Of a DNA stretch of 58,767 nt, positions 1 through 9,374 are shown piece after piece (the stretch's first letter is position 1; every line of letters starts with the position of its first letter). Below the pieces are notes generated by a model that made no database searches, was not told the DNA's origin, and saw only the letters and a list, made by a program, of their open reading frames with translations. A program made the translations under genes and the position numbers. This DNA comes from a virus. Lineage: Duplodnaviria; Caudoviricetes. The stretch is taken from positions 1 through 58,767 of IMG/VR virus record IMGVR_UViG_3300043473_000046, one strand, 5' to 3'.

Positions 1-2
1 CG

Positions 3-146
3 ACGGGCGCGGACGCCGAAATGCAATTCGCTGAGGGGCTAGGAATCGAAGAGATTTCCTTCTGGGAATTGCCTCTGAATATCCGGAATCTCTGGTTGCT
101 ATCCGAATCAAGAAGCGCTATGGTGGCGAATGAAGACATTCACTAA
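3..146 (+). CDS. 3' end of a truncated ORF, DUF4406/nucleoside deoxyribosyltransferase-like
   Basis: Open frame from the window edge; TGADAEMQFAEGLGI matches the S/T-GAxxE-xxxA-xxxGI pattern. Confidence 0.45.
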   Translation, partial: TGADAEMQFAEGLGIEEISFWELPLNIRNLWLLSESRSAMVANEDIH

Positions 147-240
147 TGCCGCAGCCATCATTCTGGTGATTGCGTTTCTGATCCTGATTCTCTCAGCCAT
201 TACTTGGACTGTGATCAGTATCTGGTCGGCTATTCTCTGA
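130..240 (+). CDS. Small membrane protein (36 aa)
   Basis: Hand-translated MKTFTNAAAIILVIAFLILILSAITWTVISIWSAIL; one hydrophobic helix. Confidence 0.55.
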   Translation: MKTFTNAAAIILVIAFLILILSAITWTVISIWSAIL

Positions 241-269
241 CCAGCCCAACCCAAAGCTCAGGAGGAACG

Positions 270-791
270 ATGAGCACACCGAAACGAACAAACCGCAAGG
301 GCGACTCCCAAGGTCTCCCGAAGGCGACCACCGGCCCGATCGCACATGAACTCGTGCAGAACGATCTTCAGATTCACGCGACCGGCAGGTACGTCGAGGA
401 TCTCGATGAGTTGTACGACAGTCTTATGGACGGGGCGATCCTTGTCCGCAGCAAGATGCGTGCGGCAATCTCGGAGGGGTACGTCCAAACGATCACATCC
501 GATCTGGACGCCCGACTCAAGCTGGGGATCGAACGCTACGGGCAACCACTCCAACCGTTCAACGGTCGCAACATGCTGCTCGACGCTTACGAAGAGATTC
601 TGGACGCGCTCGTGTACCTGCGTGCCGCGCTCTATGAGATCGACCACGAGAAGAATCCGCGGCCTGCGATCTTCGAACCCGACCACGATGCTGACCCGCT
701 GAACCCTCCTGGGCCTGGCGACAAGATGATCGAGGTCAAGCAGATGGCCGTCGATGACGACCCGACTCCGATCAAGCGGGCGGAACCCTGA
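270..791 (+). CDS. Phage protein, possible MazG-like all-alpha nucleotide pyrophosphohydrolase
   Basis: GGAGG then ATG at 270; motif GIERYGQPL..NGRNMLLDAYEEILDALVYL (EExxD). Confidence 0.5.
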   Translation: MSTPKRTNRKGDSQGLPKATTGPIAHELVQNDLQIHATGRYVEDLDELYDSLMDGAILVRSKMRAAISEGYVQTITSDLDARLKLGIERYGQPLQPFNGRNMLLDAYEEILDALVYLRAALYEIDHEKNPRPAIFEPDHDADPLNPPGPGDKMIEVKQMAVDDDPTPIKRAEP

Positions 792-1126
792 TGCCTTATG
801 GGTTGGCGATTGACCTTGACGCGATCAAATGCGTTGACTTGGGACACCGATGGACCGAGACCTTCTACGGTCGGGCACCGGCAGGCAAGCGACGGGGGAA
901 CCCGATCCGCTGCTGCGTGTGCGACACCTGTGGGTCCGGGCGCATCGAGTACCTGAAGTGGGACGGCAAGGTCTTTGACCGTGACTACGACCCAGACGAT
1001 GCGTACCTCGCGAACGCTCGTCTCCTGGGGCCATTCCGGGACCGGCGCACGGTCCTGCGTAAGGCCAAGAACGACCGACTGAAGAAGGAAGGGAATCGAG
1101 GCGAACTCAATGGCCAGTATGACTGA
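791..1126 (+). CDS. Hypothetical protein with CxxC
   Basis: Start overlaps the upstream stop; phage-like coding frame. Confidence 0.7.
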   Translation: MPYGLAIDLDAIKCVDLGHRWTETFYGRAPAGKRRGNPIRCCVCDTCGSGRIEYLKWDGKVFDRDYDPDDAYLANARLLGPFRDRRTVLRKAKNDRLKKEGNRGELNGQYD

Positions 1127-1469
1127 ACAAGCGAAAGAGAACATGCAGATGGGGGCCAAGGCGATGCGCGCCGTCGAGGCGTATCTGGTCTACATCAACC
1201 AGTACAAGACCCGTGGTCGTCCTCTGAGCAGCAAGTCCATCCAGGACAAGATGGACAGCGAGACCATCCTCGCCAAGAAGGTGATCCTGATTGCCAAGTT
1301 GCATGAGGCGATCCGTCGGGAGGAACTGGCTCAGGAGGAAGAGACTCTGAAGCAGGAGTTCGTCAAGTACGCACCCTGGTTCTCGGACCAGCACGGCGTG
1401 ACGTACCAGGCGTGGCGGGAGATCGGCGTGAACGCGTTCGTGCTCACTGAAGCGGGCATCAAGCCGTGA
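1110..1469 (+). CDS. Hypothetical protein, possibly DNA-binding; resembles a conserved Acidimicrobiia family
   Basis: AVEAYL..RGR..SI and FVKYA..FS..HGVTYQAWREIGV..VL..AGI motifs (recalled similarity). Confidence 0.6.
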   Translation: MASMTEQAKENMQMGAKAMRAVEAYLVYINQYKTRGRPLSSKSIQDKMDSETILAKKVILIAKLHEAIRREELAQEEETLKQEFVKYAPWFSDQHGVTYQAWREIGVNAFVLTEAGIKP

Positions 1470-1768
1470 GTGACTTCTACAAACTGAACGACGATCACAC
1501 CGTCACTCAGTGCAGCCTGGACGAATGGGCCGAAACAGAAGAGCACAAGGATCGGCGTGTCGCCTACACCGAACTCGGCACACGACGCGTCTCGACGGTG
1601 TTCCTCGGCCTCGACCACCAGTACGGCGACGGGCCACCCTTGCTCTTTGAGACGATGGTGTTCCCGAGCCACTCCTACGCCGATGATGAATACTGCGAGC
1701 GATACAGCACCTGGGATGAAGCGGTGGCTGGTCACGAGGCGACAGTGAAGAAGTTCAAAGACTCCTGA
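1466..1768 (+). CDS. Conserved phage hypothetical protein
   Basis: VSTVFLGLDH..GPPLLFETMVF motif; GTGA overlap with the upstream stop. Confidence 0.8.
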   Translation: MSDFYKLNDDHTVTQCSLDEWAETEEHKDRRVAYTELGTRRVSTVFLGLDHQYGDGPPLLFETMVFPSHSYADDEYCERYSTWDEAVAGHEATVKKFKDS

Positions 1769-1992
1769 TGGCATCGTCTGACATCTGTTGGAAGTCCAAG
1801 GGGTGCTCGCGCCCAATGGATCACTACGGACCCTGCAACAACGTCTTGATTTATGAATGCCTGTGCGACGAGCCCAGCCCCGAAGTTCTCAAGGGATGGC
1901 GAAGCGATCGTGGCGCAGCAATTCAATGCCGGAAGTGTGGTCGCTGCATCGACCCTCGCCCAGCACCAGTCGTGGCGGAAGCGACAGAATGA
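1768..1992 (+). CDS. Small Cys-rich protein
   Basis: Coupled start; several Cys/His residues. Confidence 0.55.
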   Translation: MASSDICWKSKGCSRPMDHYGPCNNVLIYECLCDEPSPEVLKGWRSDRGAAIQCRKCGRCIDPRPAPVVAEATE

Positions 1993-2161
1993 AGACCCGT
2001 TGGCACATCCTGTGCAACCTGTCGCTTCCGCCGCGTAATACCTCAAGTTCCTCTGGCGTGTTCTGTCAGCATGAACTACAGTTGTCTCTCCCAGCGAGCA
2101 CCAAAACGAACCTCGCGGGAACTTGACAGTCCAGACAGACAAAGCAGAAAAGGAATAAGAC

Positions 2162-3040
2162 ATGGCAAAAGCCGATGCAATAGACGTGGTGGACGACGAA
2201 GAGAATGTGGCGGTTCCCGCCATCCCGGCCAACGACATCGATGGCCTGGAAGATGTCGATGAGACCGACATCACCATTCCGCGAATCACCATCGACCACA
2301 AGAACGGGTGGTTCGTTGACTCGCAGACCAACGAGACTTTCACGGAGTTCAAGTGCGTGATCCTGGGTCTGGTCAAGCAGCGTGTGCTGTGGCCCCCGAC
2401 CCCCGGCGAAGAGGGTGAAGGTCCGCTCTGTCGGGCCGTCGACTTCCAGACCGGCTACCCGGACCTCTCCAAGTGGTTGGAGAAGTACAACGGGATCACG
2501 GCCCAGAAGCAGTCGGGGTTCACGATCCAAGAGGTCGAGAGCGGACAGCTTCCCTGCAACAACTGCGGCCTCAAGGAGTGGGAGTCGCATCCGAACAACA
2601 ACACGCCGTGGTGCAACGAGCAGTTCACCTTCCCGATCGTCCGCATCACCGACGAGGGGTACTCGACGGCGTTGATCTCGTTCCAGAAGACCGGACTCAA
2701 GCCGTGCAAGTCGTACATCTCGGGGTTCAAGACCTCGCGGCGTCCGTTGTACTCGGCTCTGACGTTGATCACGGCGATCCACAACCGCAAGGGGACGGTG
2801 GAGTACGTCACCCCGAGCTTCACCCGCATCAGCGATTCCGACCCGACGGAATGGCCGAAGTACTCGGAGTCCCTCCACAAGATTCGGGAGTTCGTCACGA
2901 CGCCGCGGATCATGGAGGAAGCGGTGACGACCGAGGAAAAGGAAGAGGAAGAGACCGCGACGCCTGAGCCCGCAAAGGCCGCGGCCAAGCCAGCACCGGC
3001 TCCCGTCATCGATGACGAGGATGAGGACGAGCCGTTCTGA
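2162..3040 (+). CDS. Putative single-stranded DNA-binding/recombination protein
   Basis: AAGGA RBS; IPRITI N-terminal motif, CxxC, acidic tail ending DDEDEDEPF typical of SSBs. Confidence 0.65.
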   Translation: MAKADAIDVVDDEENVAVPAIPANDIDGLEDVDETDITIPRITIDHKNGWFVDSQTNETFTEFKCVILGLVKQRVLWPPTPGEEGEGPLCRAVDFQTGYPDLSKWLEKYNGITAQKQSGFTIQEVESGQLPCNNCGLKEWESHPNNNTPWCNEQFTFPIVRITDEGYSTALISFQKTGLKPCKSYISGFKTSRRPLYSALTLITAIHNRKGTVEYVTPSFTRISDSDPTEWPKYSESLHKIREFVTTPRIMEEAVTTEEKEEEETATPEPAKAAAKPAPAPVIDDEDEDEPF

Positions 3041-3043
3041 GTC

Positions 3044-3163
3044 TGCGGGGGAGGGGGGTAGTTTAATCCCTTGATGCTATGGATAAGCACCCTCCCCCGC
3101 AACAAGATCGACAGGGGGGCGGGGGGTCTTCGTAGACGGGCGGATACCCGCCCCCCTCCTGTC
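3044..3163. terminator. Two tandem GC-rich stem-loops (terminator or structured RNA)
   Basis: Perfect 12-bp IR 3044-3055/3090-3101 and 10-bp IR 3114-3123/3147-3156 directly after the SSB-like stop; no U-tract. Confidence 0.55.
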
Positions 3164-3211
3164 ACCAAATAGCGTCGGTTCTATCCGGGACCGACTTACA
3201 AAGGAGTACAA

Positions 3212-3622
3212 ATGGCAAGTTTGATGGTCCCCTCAGTGGAAGTCTTGAGGGAGATGAGCGATTCGGAACTCATGCGATTGAGGACCGATGTCGCAGCCGA
3301 CCTGGCGCTGATCCAGGGCCAGATTCGTTACGGAGATGACGGCAAGGACGACGAGTGGCGTCACCGCACCGGCATGGCGGCTCACTACCGGGAGCAGGGA
3401 CTCCGCACGATCAAGAACATTCTCGCTGAACGACACGAGCACCGACAGGTCGCTCTCTCGTCCTGGCTGAAGTGTCTGACCTGCGTGGCCGACGCGGCCG
3501 TGGAGGTTCTGGACAAGTACGAATACGACGCCGAGACCGAACCGGAGTACGCCACTCTGGAGAACGCCGTGAAGTTGTATCAGAGCTTCACGGTGAGCGC
3601 ACAGATCACGGTCGACTCATGA
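3212..3622 (+). CDS. Hypothetical protein
   Basis: AAGGAG RBS; helical 136-aa ORF. Confidence 0.8.
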   Translation: MASLMVPSVEVLREMSDSELMRLRTDVAADLALIQGQIRYGDDGKDDEWRHRTGMAAHYREQGLRTIKNILAERHEHRQVALSSWLKCLTCVADAAVEVLDKYEYDAETEPEYATLENAVKLYQSFTVSAQITVDS

Positions 3623-3710
3623 ATTGGAACAAGGAGTCTCCAACTCTGCACGCCTTCGCACACTTCGCCATCGTGATCTGGCTGCTCGTGCTGACAGCCG
3701 CGGTGGCACG

Positions 3711-3989
3711 ATGAAGTGGCTGATCATCCCCGCACTGCTCGTGCTCGCCGCGTGCGGTAGCGAGGGCGAAGAGTTCAACGATGCCCCGAAGCTGAACAAC
3801 GTGGACACTGGTGCAGCACGCATCAGCTTCCCCGATGGATTCAGCAACGTGTCAGCCAAGTGCTTCGGCACTGACATGGTGTACTCATCCACCAACTCAC
3901 CGTCAGGCAGTGGTCGGTCGATGGCCGTGTCGCCCAACCACCCTTGGTGCGCCGACGGCATCCTCACCGAAGAGGAACAGAAGCAATGA
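3711..3989 (+). CDS. Lipoprotein
   Basis: MKWLIIPALLVLAA-C signal peptide with lipobox. Confidence 0.8.
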   Translation: MKWLIIPALLVLAACGSEGEEFNDAPKLNNVDTGAARISFPDGFSNVSAKCFGTDMVYSSTNSPSGSGRSMAVSPNHPWCADGILTEEEQKQ

Positions 3990-5407
3990 CCGGCGCAGTC
4001 CGTAAGTCCCTGATCAAGGTTCAGGACTCCGTTGACTTCTACCAGCATCAGGTGGACGGCGTTCGCCTGGGCAACCGCATGGCCTCGTTCATCCTGGCCG
4101 ACGAGATGGGCCTTGGGAAGTCCCTGACCGCTGCCACCGTGGCGGCTGTCGACTTTGAGCGGGGGTACGCCGCCCGTGTCCTGATCATCTGTCCCTCGTT
4201 CCTGAAGTGGAACTGGGCCGAGGAACTGGACCGGATGACCAACTTCACTTACACGATCTATCACGGGACGCCAAAAGAAAGATCGAAAATCCGCGACGAT
4301 TTCGATTCTGACATCCTTATTACGAACTACGAGCAGATCGTCAACGACTTCGAGCCTATAAATGCCATGTCTTGGGACATCGTCATCGTGGACGAGGCCC
4401 ACTTCATCAAGAGCAAGAGTTCAAAGCGATCGAAGGCGATCCGTCAACTGAAGCGGGGACGGATGTTCCTGCTGACCGGCTCGCCCATGCTGAACCGCCC
4501 CGATGAACTGTGGGCGCTGCTCAACGCCTGCGACCCCAACCGGTTCGCCCGGTACTACCCGTTCGTCAACCGGTTCTGCGTGATGGGTGGGTGGCAGTCG
4601 AAGCAGATCGTCGGAGCCAAGAACAAGGACGAACTGCGCGGCCTCCTGAGCGAGTACATGATCCGCCGACTGAAGAAGGATTGTCTCGATCTCCCCGACA
4701 AGCAGGTCATCCCGATCATCGTGGAATTGCACCCGGCTCAGCGGAAGATCTATGACCAGATGGACGCCGAACTTCGACTGGAGATTCCTGGCGATCCGGA
4801 CCCGATGGAGGCCGAGAACATCCTGGTGAAGATGCTTCGGCTGAAGCAAATATGCGCGACGCCTGCGTCGATCGGACTGCCCGACGACTCGTACAAGTTG
4901 GACAAGGCGATGGAGATGATCGTGGAGTTCACGACCGATCCTGACGACCGTTCGCCTGTGGTGGTGTTCACGCAGTTCCGCGCCGTGCAGACGGCCATGG
5001 GGAGTCGCCTGGACGCCGCTGGCGTCCCGTACTGGGTGATGAACGGCGACACCCCGAAGGACAAACGGATCGCTCTGGTGAACGAGTGGGCGGCTCACCC
5101 GCAGCCTGGCGTCATCATGATCATGCTCCAGATGGGGGTTGGGCTGAACCTCACCGCCGCTAACAAGGCGATCTTCATCGATCGTCTGTACGTTCCCAAG
5201 CTGAATGAGCAGGCCGAGGATCGCATCCACCGCATCGGTGCCGATCTGACCAAGCCGGTTCAGGTCTTCAACATCGTCGCCAAGAACACGGTCGAGGAAC
5301 GGATCGAGCAGATTCTCAAGGCTAAGCGGAAGTTGTTCGACTCGGTGGTCGAGGTCGACGCTTCGTGGAAGCAGGAATTGATCAAGCAACTGGCGAACGC
5401 ATCATGA
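3986..5407 (+). CDS. SNF2-family DNA helicase
   Basis: LADEMGLGKS (Walker A), DEAH, LTGSP, GLNLTAA, QAEDRIHRIG. Confidence 0.95.
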   Translation: MTGAVRKSLIKVQDSVDFYQHQVDGVRLGNRMASFILADEMGLGKSLTAATVAAVDFERGYAARVLIICPSFLKWNWAEELDRMTNFTYTIYHGTPKERSKIRDDFDSDILITNYEQIVNDFEPINAMSWDIVIVDEAHFIKSKSSKRSKAIRQLKRGRMFLLTGSPMLNRPDELWALLNACDPNRFARYYPFVNRFCVMGGWQSKQIVGAKNKDELRGLLSEYMIRRLKKDCLDLPDKQVIPIIVELHPAQRKIYDQMDAELRLEIPGDPDPMEAENILVKMLRLKQICATPASIGLPDDSYKLDKAMEMIVEFTTDPDDRSPVVVFTQFRAVQTAMGSRLDAAGVPYWVMNGDTPKDKRIALVNEWAAHPQPGVIMIMLQMGVGLNLTAANKAIFIDRLYVPKLNEQAEDRIHRIGADLTKPVQVFNIVAKNTVEERIEQILKAKRKLFDSVVEVDASWKQELIKQLANAS

Positions 5408-5565
5408 CTGATACCCCGCCACCTGACGACCTGCTCTACGACGCCTGGGTGCTGCTCGCCAACGGTGCCTACTGGGACCACACTGACCCGAAGAGGCAAA
5501 CGGAGTGGAACGACGCCCGCGACCGCTGGCGCGACAAGTGGCACGCAGCAACGGGGGAGCAATGA
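5404..5565 (+). CDS. Small Trp-rich hypothetical protein (paralog of 56354-56521)
   Basis: ATGA-coupled on both sides; AWxxxAN..QxEW..A..RWR motif. Confidence 0.7.
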   Translation: MTDTPPPDDLLYDAWVLLANGAYWDHTDPKRQTEWNDARDRWRDKWHAATGEQ

Positions 5566-5906
5566 CGAACCAGAGCGAAAGCGAAGTCATCTATTACCGC
5601 TCCAAGGACGGCAAGGTTCATCACGGAATCCACGTCTATCCGGAGCATCGCCTCTTCTGCGCCGATTGTGGCTGTGACGTTACTGACGAGTTCTACATGC
5701 TTCATAAGTCATTGTGGGATGAGTACGTCCACGCCGATGGCTGGTATTGCGTGCCCTGCGTCGAAGATCGCATTGGCCGTCGCCTGGAACGGGCTGACTT
5801 CAAGCTGTGTCCGATCAACGTCATCACCTTCCGCAAGACCGAACGCTTGCTTGAGCGCATGGGTGGAGAACCCTTGAACCCCGAAGACCTTATGAGGGAC
5901 AAATGA
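5562..5906 (+). CDS. Hypothetical zinc-binding protein
   Basis: CADC..YML...LW..CVPCVEDRIGRRL...DF. Confidence 0.75.
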   Translation: MTNQSESEVIYYRSKDGKVHHGIHVYPEHRLFCADCGCDVTDEFYMLHKSLWDEYVHADGWYCVPCVEDRIGRRLERADFKLCPINVITFRKTERLLERMGGEPLNPEDLMRDK

Positions 5907-6277
5907 GCGACGACTGGAACGAACTGTTCGATCGAATCCTTCCGGACGCCGAGGGAGAAGACCTCACCGACGAGGACGTGGAGCGTTCATTGCTCCACGG
6001 CATGAGTGACGAAGACATCGAGGCGGTTCGCCGCGACTCTCCAATGGACGCCTGCACCTGTGGCCGCATCATGCTTGGGCACACAGACAGCGGCTCCCGC
6101 AACTGGAACCCCGACTGCGAAGAACACGGCGTGAACTCGGCTTGGTACAACAGCGAGACGCAGATGGTCAAGCGTGCTGCTGCTCGTGAGCGCACCATCG
6201 ATCTGCAACGGCGAGCGCGTGAAGCGCGGCGCGACTCAATGCCTGTGGACCCGTTTGGGCAAGGGCGACTGGAATGA
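5903..6277 (+). CDS. Hypothetical protein
   Basis: ATGA coupling; CTC..CEEHG. Confidence 0.7.
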   Translation: MSDDWNELFDRILPDAEGEDLTDEDVERSLLHGMSDEDIEAVRRDSPMDACTCGRIMLGHTDSGSRNWNPDCEEHGVNSAWYNSETQMVKRAAARERTIDLQRRAREARRDSMPVDPFGQGRLE

Positions 6278-6453
6278 ATGAGTACTTGATCGCCCATTGT
6301 GGCCGATGCGGAGCGACGTGGGCCTTGGATTTTGAGCCCGATCAATGTACTTGCGAGGGGTTCATCGAGCACCCCGACGATGTGATCCTCTCGATCGAAG
6401 CCGAAGACTACGAGTCAGCCCTTGAGGCTTACCGCAAGGAGACATCACTGTGA
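6274..6453 (+). CDS. Small hypothetical protein (59 aa, not in the ORF track)
   Basis: Hand-translated MNEYLIAHCGRCGATW...; fills the gap with 4-nt overlaps at both ends. Confidence 0.65.
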   Translation: MNEYLIAHCGRCGATWALDFEPDQCTCEGFIEHPDDVILSIEAEDYESALEAYRKETSL

Positions 6454-6788
6454 TCCTCTATCCACCCGACCACGAGGGGCCGACTCCCGACGGCACCCGG
6501 AGCAACGAGTTTGAGTGGGCCGCGTCGCAGATGCAGAAGGGCGATGTCTGCTGGTTCCGACGACGCCCATCAAAGGCAGGCGGAATCAACGCACTGACAC
6601 CCTGGACCCGCGGCACCTTCTTGTCCTCCTACTACTACGACGGCGTCATCGCCAGCGTCTACGAAGATGACCCAGACGATCTCATCAGATACTCATTGTT
6701 CCTTGACTTGGGCGATGAGCTTAGAAAGGATAATCCATGCCACGACGGTTCAATCTCAAAGACAGCCACGGCAACCTCCACTTCATAG
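6450..6788 (+). CDS. Hypothetical protein
   Basis: AAGGAG RBS, GTG start. Confidence 0.65.
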   Translation: MILYPPDHEGPTPDGTRSNEFEWAASQMQKGDVCWFRRRPSKAGGINALTPWTRGTFLSSYYYDGVIASVYEDDPDDLIRYSLFLDLGDELRKDNPCHDGSISKTATATSTS

Positions 6789-6958
6789 AGGCGGAGATCA
6801 TCGAGTTCGATGAGAACGGGTCGGTCACCTTCCTGTCCGACGACAACGCCGACGCACTGATCGCTTGCTTTGCTCCCGGAGCCTGGCTGGCGGTCTTCAC
6901 CATCGCGGACCAGGCGCAGCCGCTCTCCGGGCCACCGGCACCCCCGTCCAATGGATGA
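6737..6958 (+). CDS. Hypothetical protein
   Basis: AAGGA RBS; coding-like composition. Confidence 0.6.
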   Translation: MPRRFNLKDSHGNLHFIEAEIIEFDENGSVTFLSDDNADALIACFAPGAWLAVFTIADQAQPLSGPPAPPSNG

Positions 6959-7145
6959 GAAAGAACAAGTCGAGATGGCGCTCTCGGCGCTGACGTACAT
7001 CCGCCAACGGTGGTACGGCTCAGGCCAGGACAAGCCGGGGTGGGCTCACCACACCGTTCATATCGACAGCATGATCACGGAACTCAAGGTTCTACGCACC
7101 CGACTGGAGGCCCAATGCTCGACCCCAACAAGTACCTTGTTCTGA
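6951..7145 (+). CDS. Hypothetical protein
   Basis: Operon continuity. Confidence 0.55.
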   Translation: MDEKEQVEMALSALTYIRQRWYGSGQDKPGWAHHTVHIDSMITELKVLRTRLEAQCSTPTSTLF

Positions 7146-7414
7146 AGCGCAAAGATCTGAGTCTCAACGCGCTGGGTGAACTGGAGCGGATCGAGGTCGA
7201 GGATGCCATCGTCATCCGCAGGCAGGACATCTTTGCCGAGGCAGGACTTCACGCCTACGCAGCCAACGTCCTGACCGGCATCGAGATACTGAGCCTTCTT
7301 CCCCAGATTGCCGGGATGGTCGACATCGAACATCTCCAGGACATTGCTGATTACTTCCACGAGCAGGCGGTCTCTTGCAAGAGAGACACCTTCTTTCGTA
7401 AACTTCCGGATTAA
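7115..7414 (+). CDS. Hypothetical protein
   Basis: GGAGG RBS; KYLVLKR..IVIRRQDIFA...LHAYA. Confidence 0.75.
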   Translation: MLDPNKYLVLKRKDLSLNALGELERIEVEDAIVIRRQDIFAEAGLHAYAANVLTGIEILSLLPQIAGMVDIEHLQDIADYFHEQAVSCKRDTFFRKLPD

Positions 7415-7611
7415 TGGATGAGCCTCCGGAGACCTATTCTCTGATCCAGGTCGCCGCTCTGTTCCGAACGGACAGAAGGTCAATAAGACTTCGATTGGAG
7501 AGGGGTGACTTCGATTACACTGTGAACGAGTTGGGTCATTACAAGATCACCCGCGAATCAGTTCTCCGACATCTGGAGGAACTTCAAGTCAGGAACAACC
7601 GCATTGATTAA
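7414..7611 (+). CDS. Excisionase/MerR-like HTH DNA-binding protein
   Basis: YSLIQVAALF..RRSIR..LERG..GHYKITRESV pattern. Confidence 0.7.
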   Translation: MDEPPETYSLIQVAALFRTDRRSIRLRLERGDFDYTVNELGHYKITRESVLRHLEELQVRNNRID

Positions 7612-7623
7612 GAAAGCTGCTCG

Positions 7624-8736
7624 ATGGCGAACACACACATAGCGACAGTCTCGGCGGCGCTTCTCCACGAAGCGTTGAGTCGAGCCAACAAGGTTGCCCC
7701 CACCAAGGGGAATGCTCACGACCGCGCTGCTGGTATCCAGATCGACTTCCGACTGGATGAGGCTCACGTCAGGGCCACCGATCTCGATGTCACCTTCTAC
7801 CAGAAGATTCCGGTCGAGCAGGTCAGTGAAGAATGCGTCCTGCGTCTGTCGGGGGTGGTGCCACCGTTCGTGGCGTCGCTCTCGATGGACAAGAATCAGG
7901 TGATCCGATTCTTCCGGGCCGAGAACAAACGCATCATCGTCCAGTACGGCAAGACCCGGACCAAAGCGACCATCCCCACCATCACGGGCGAGTACCCCAC
8001 CGTTCACTGGTTCGACTATGAGCAGATGAGCGACGCCAGCGAACTGGGAAACAAGATCGCATCGGTCGCGTGGGCCACCGAGGACGACGCATCCGGGGTG
8101 CTCTCCGGGATCAAGATCGACGGGAAGTGGCTGGAGGCTCTGTCCTCCAAGAACGCTGCCCGCATCCAGTGCGAGATCGAGAGCGACGTGACGGTGATCG
8201 CCGTCCTGAAATCTCTCGTGCCACTTGTCAAGTCTGGTTCCCGACTGCGGATGATGACACAGGAGGGGCGCATCGTCGTGGCCCTCGATGAGATGACCCA
8301 GGTGACCTCAACCACGGTGCTGGGGGAGTGGCCGAATCTCGTGGAGCGACTGGAGCGCTTTGAGTTCCCGAACTCGGTGACGATCCGGAAGACCCGGTTC
8401 ACCGAGGCACTGAGCCGTGTCCTGAGCTTCGTTCGCAACGACCGTCTGCCACGGGTGCGGGTCACTTTGACCAGCGATTCGATCGACTGCGTCCTGACCG
8501 GCACCCTGAACGGTGACGTGCAGGACTCCTGCGCGATCAACAGCCGCTCCGGAATCGAAGAGGACGTGACGTTCTACTTCAACCCGACCTGGCTCCTGGA
8601 GGCCATCGACACGTTCCCCGGAGCCTCCGTCAAGATCGAATACAACGGAAGCCTCCAGCCGATCCGTCTGACAGAGCCGTCCACAAGCTACGAGGCTTAC
8701 GTCATGCCGATGCGAGACCTGGAGGATGGAACATGA
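7624..8736 (+). CDS. dnaN: DNA polymerase III beta sliding clamp-like protein
   Basis: 370 aa; ATDLD, GEYP, VLSGI, GEWP, FNPTWLLEAI, C-terminal VMPMR. Confidence 0.85.
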   Translation: MANTHIATVSAALLHEALSRANKVAPTKGNAHDRAAGIQIDFRLDEAHVRATDLDVTFYQKIPVEQVSEECVLRLSGVVPPFVASLSMDKNQVIRFFRAENKRIIVQYGKTRTKATIPTITGEYPTVHWFDYEQMSDASELGNKIASVAWATEDDASGVLSGIKIDGKWLEALSSKNAARIQCEIESDVTVIAVLKSLVPLVKSGSRLRMMTQEGRIVVALDEMTQVTSTTVLGEWPNLVERLERFEFPNSVTIRKTRFTEALSRVLSFVRNDRLPRVRVTLTSDSIDCVLTGTLNGDVQDSCAINSRSGIEEDVTFYFNPTWLLEAIDTFPGASVKIEYNGSLQPIRLTEPSTSYEAYVMPMRDLEDGT

Positions 8737-8763
8737 CCGACAGAATGAGAAATAGGAGGAACA

Positions 8764-9222
8764 ATGGTTAAGAATCCTGGGCCTGACAGCCTGTACCCAT
8801 ACGCTGGCTCCAGCGGATGGTCGGGCACCGACACCAGCAAGACGTCGGCCGACAAAGATGATGCCGAAGGGCGCACCCTTCGCCGCCACCAGATCACGAT
8901 GGGGCACCTGGCCAATGCCGGTCCCCGCGGGGCAACGGTCAAAGAACTTCGTGACACCTACCCCGAGGATCACCACGGACGATGGTCAGCAGCGTTGAGC
9001 CGAGCGCATAAGATGGGATACATCTGCATGTTGGAAGATCAACGTGTCGGTTGCCATGTGTACGTCCTGCCTGAATGGGTGGGCGACCGCGTCACGATCG
9101 CTCCTCGTCCTCGTCGGATGTCCCAAGTGGTTCGGGGGGAGTTGAAGGCTCTGGCCGAGGCTGGAGACCTGGACGGCATCTTGGAATACTTGGATGATTC
9201 CCTCGTGACCGCCCCGGCATGA
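8764..9222 (+). CDS. Hypothetical protein, probable winged-HTH
   Basis: AGGAGG RBS; PYAGSSGWSGTDTS, GATVKEL..SAALS..H..G. Confidence 0.7.
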   Translation: MVKNPGPDSLYPYAGSSGWSGTDTSKTSADKDDAEGRTLRRHQITMGHLANAGPRGATVKELRDTYPEDHHGRWSAALSRAHKMGYICMLEDQRVGCHVYVLPEWVGDRVTIAPRPRRMSQVVRGELKALAEAGDLDGILEYLDDSLVTAPA

Positions 9223-9374
9223 GAGATCACCGGAAAGACCCCGCCGAGGACTCCGACATCACTGACTTCGTCAACGAACACACGGGGGAAGGGCTGGTCC
9301 GGGTGGGCCGACACACACCCCGGAACAAGAAGCGAGCCAGGATCGCAAAGGCATCCCGGAGGAAGAACCGATGA
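9219..9374 (+). CDS. Small basic protein (51 aa)
   Basis: Hand-translated; ATGA overlaps at both ends; tail KASRRKNR. Confidence 0.6.
   Translation: MRDHRKDPAEDSDITDFVNEHTGEGLVRVGRHTPRNKKRARIAKASRRKNR

Noticed and set aside
7414-7611. Integration module implied by the excisionase-like HTH
   Set aside because: No integrase, repressor or att site seen; lifestyle cannot be determined from this window
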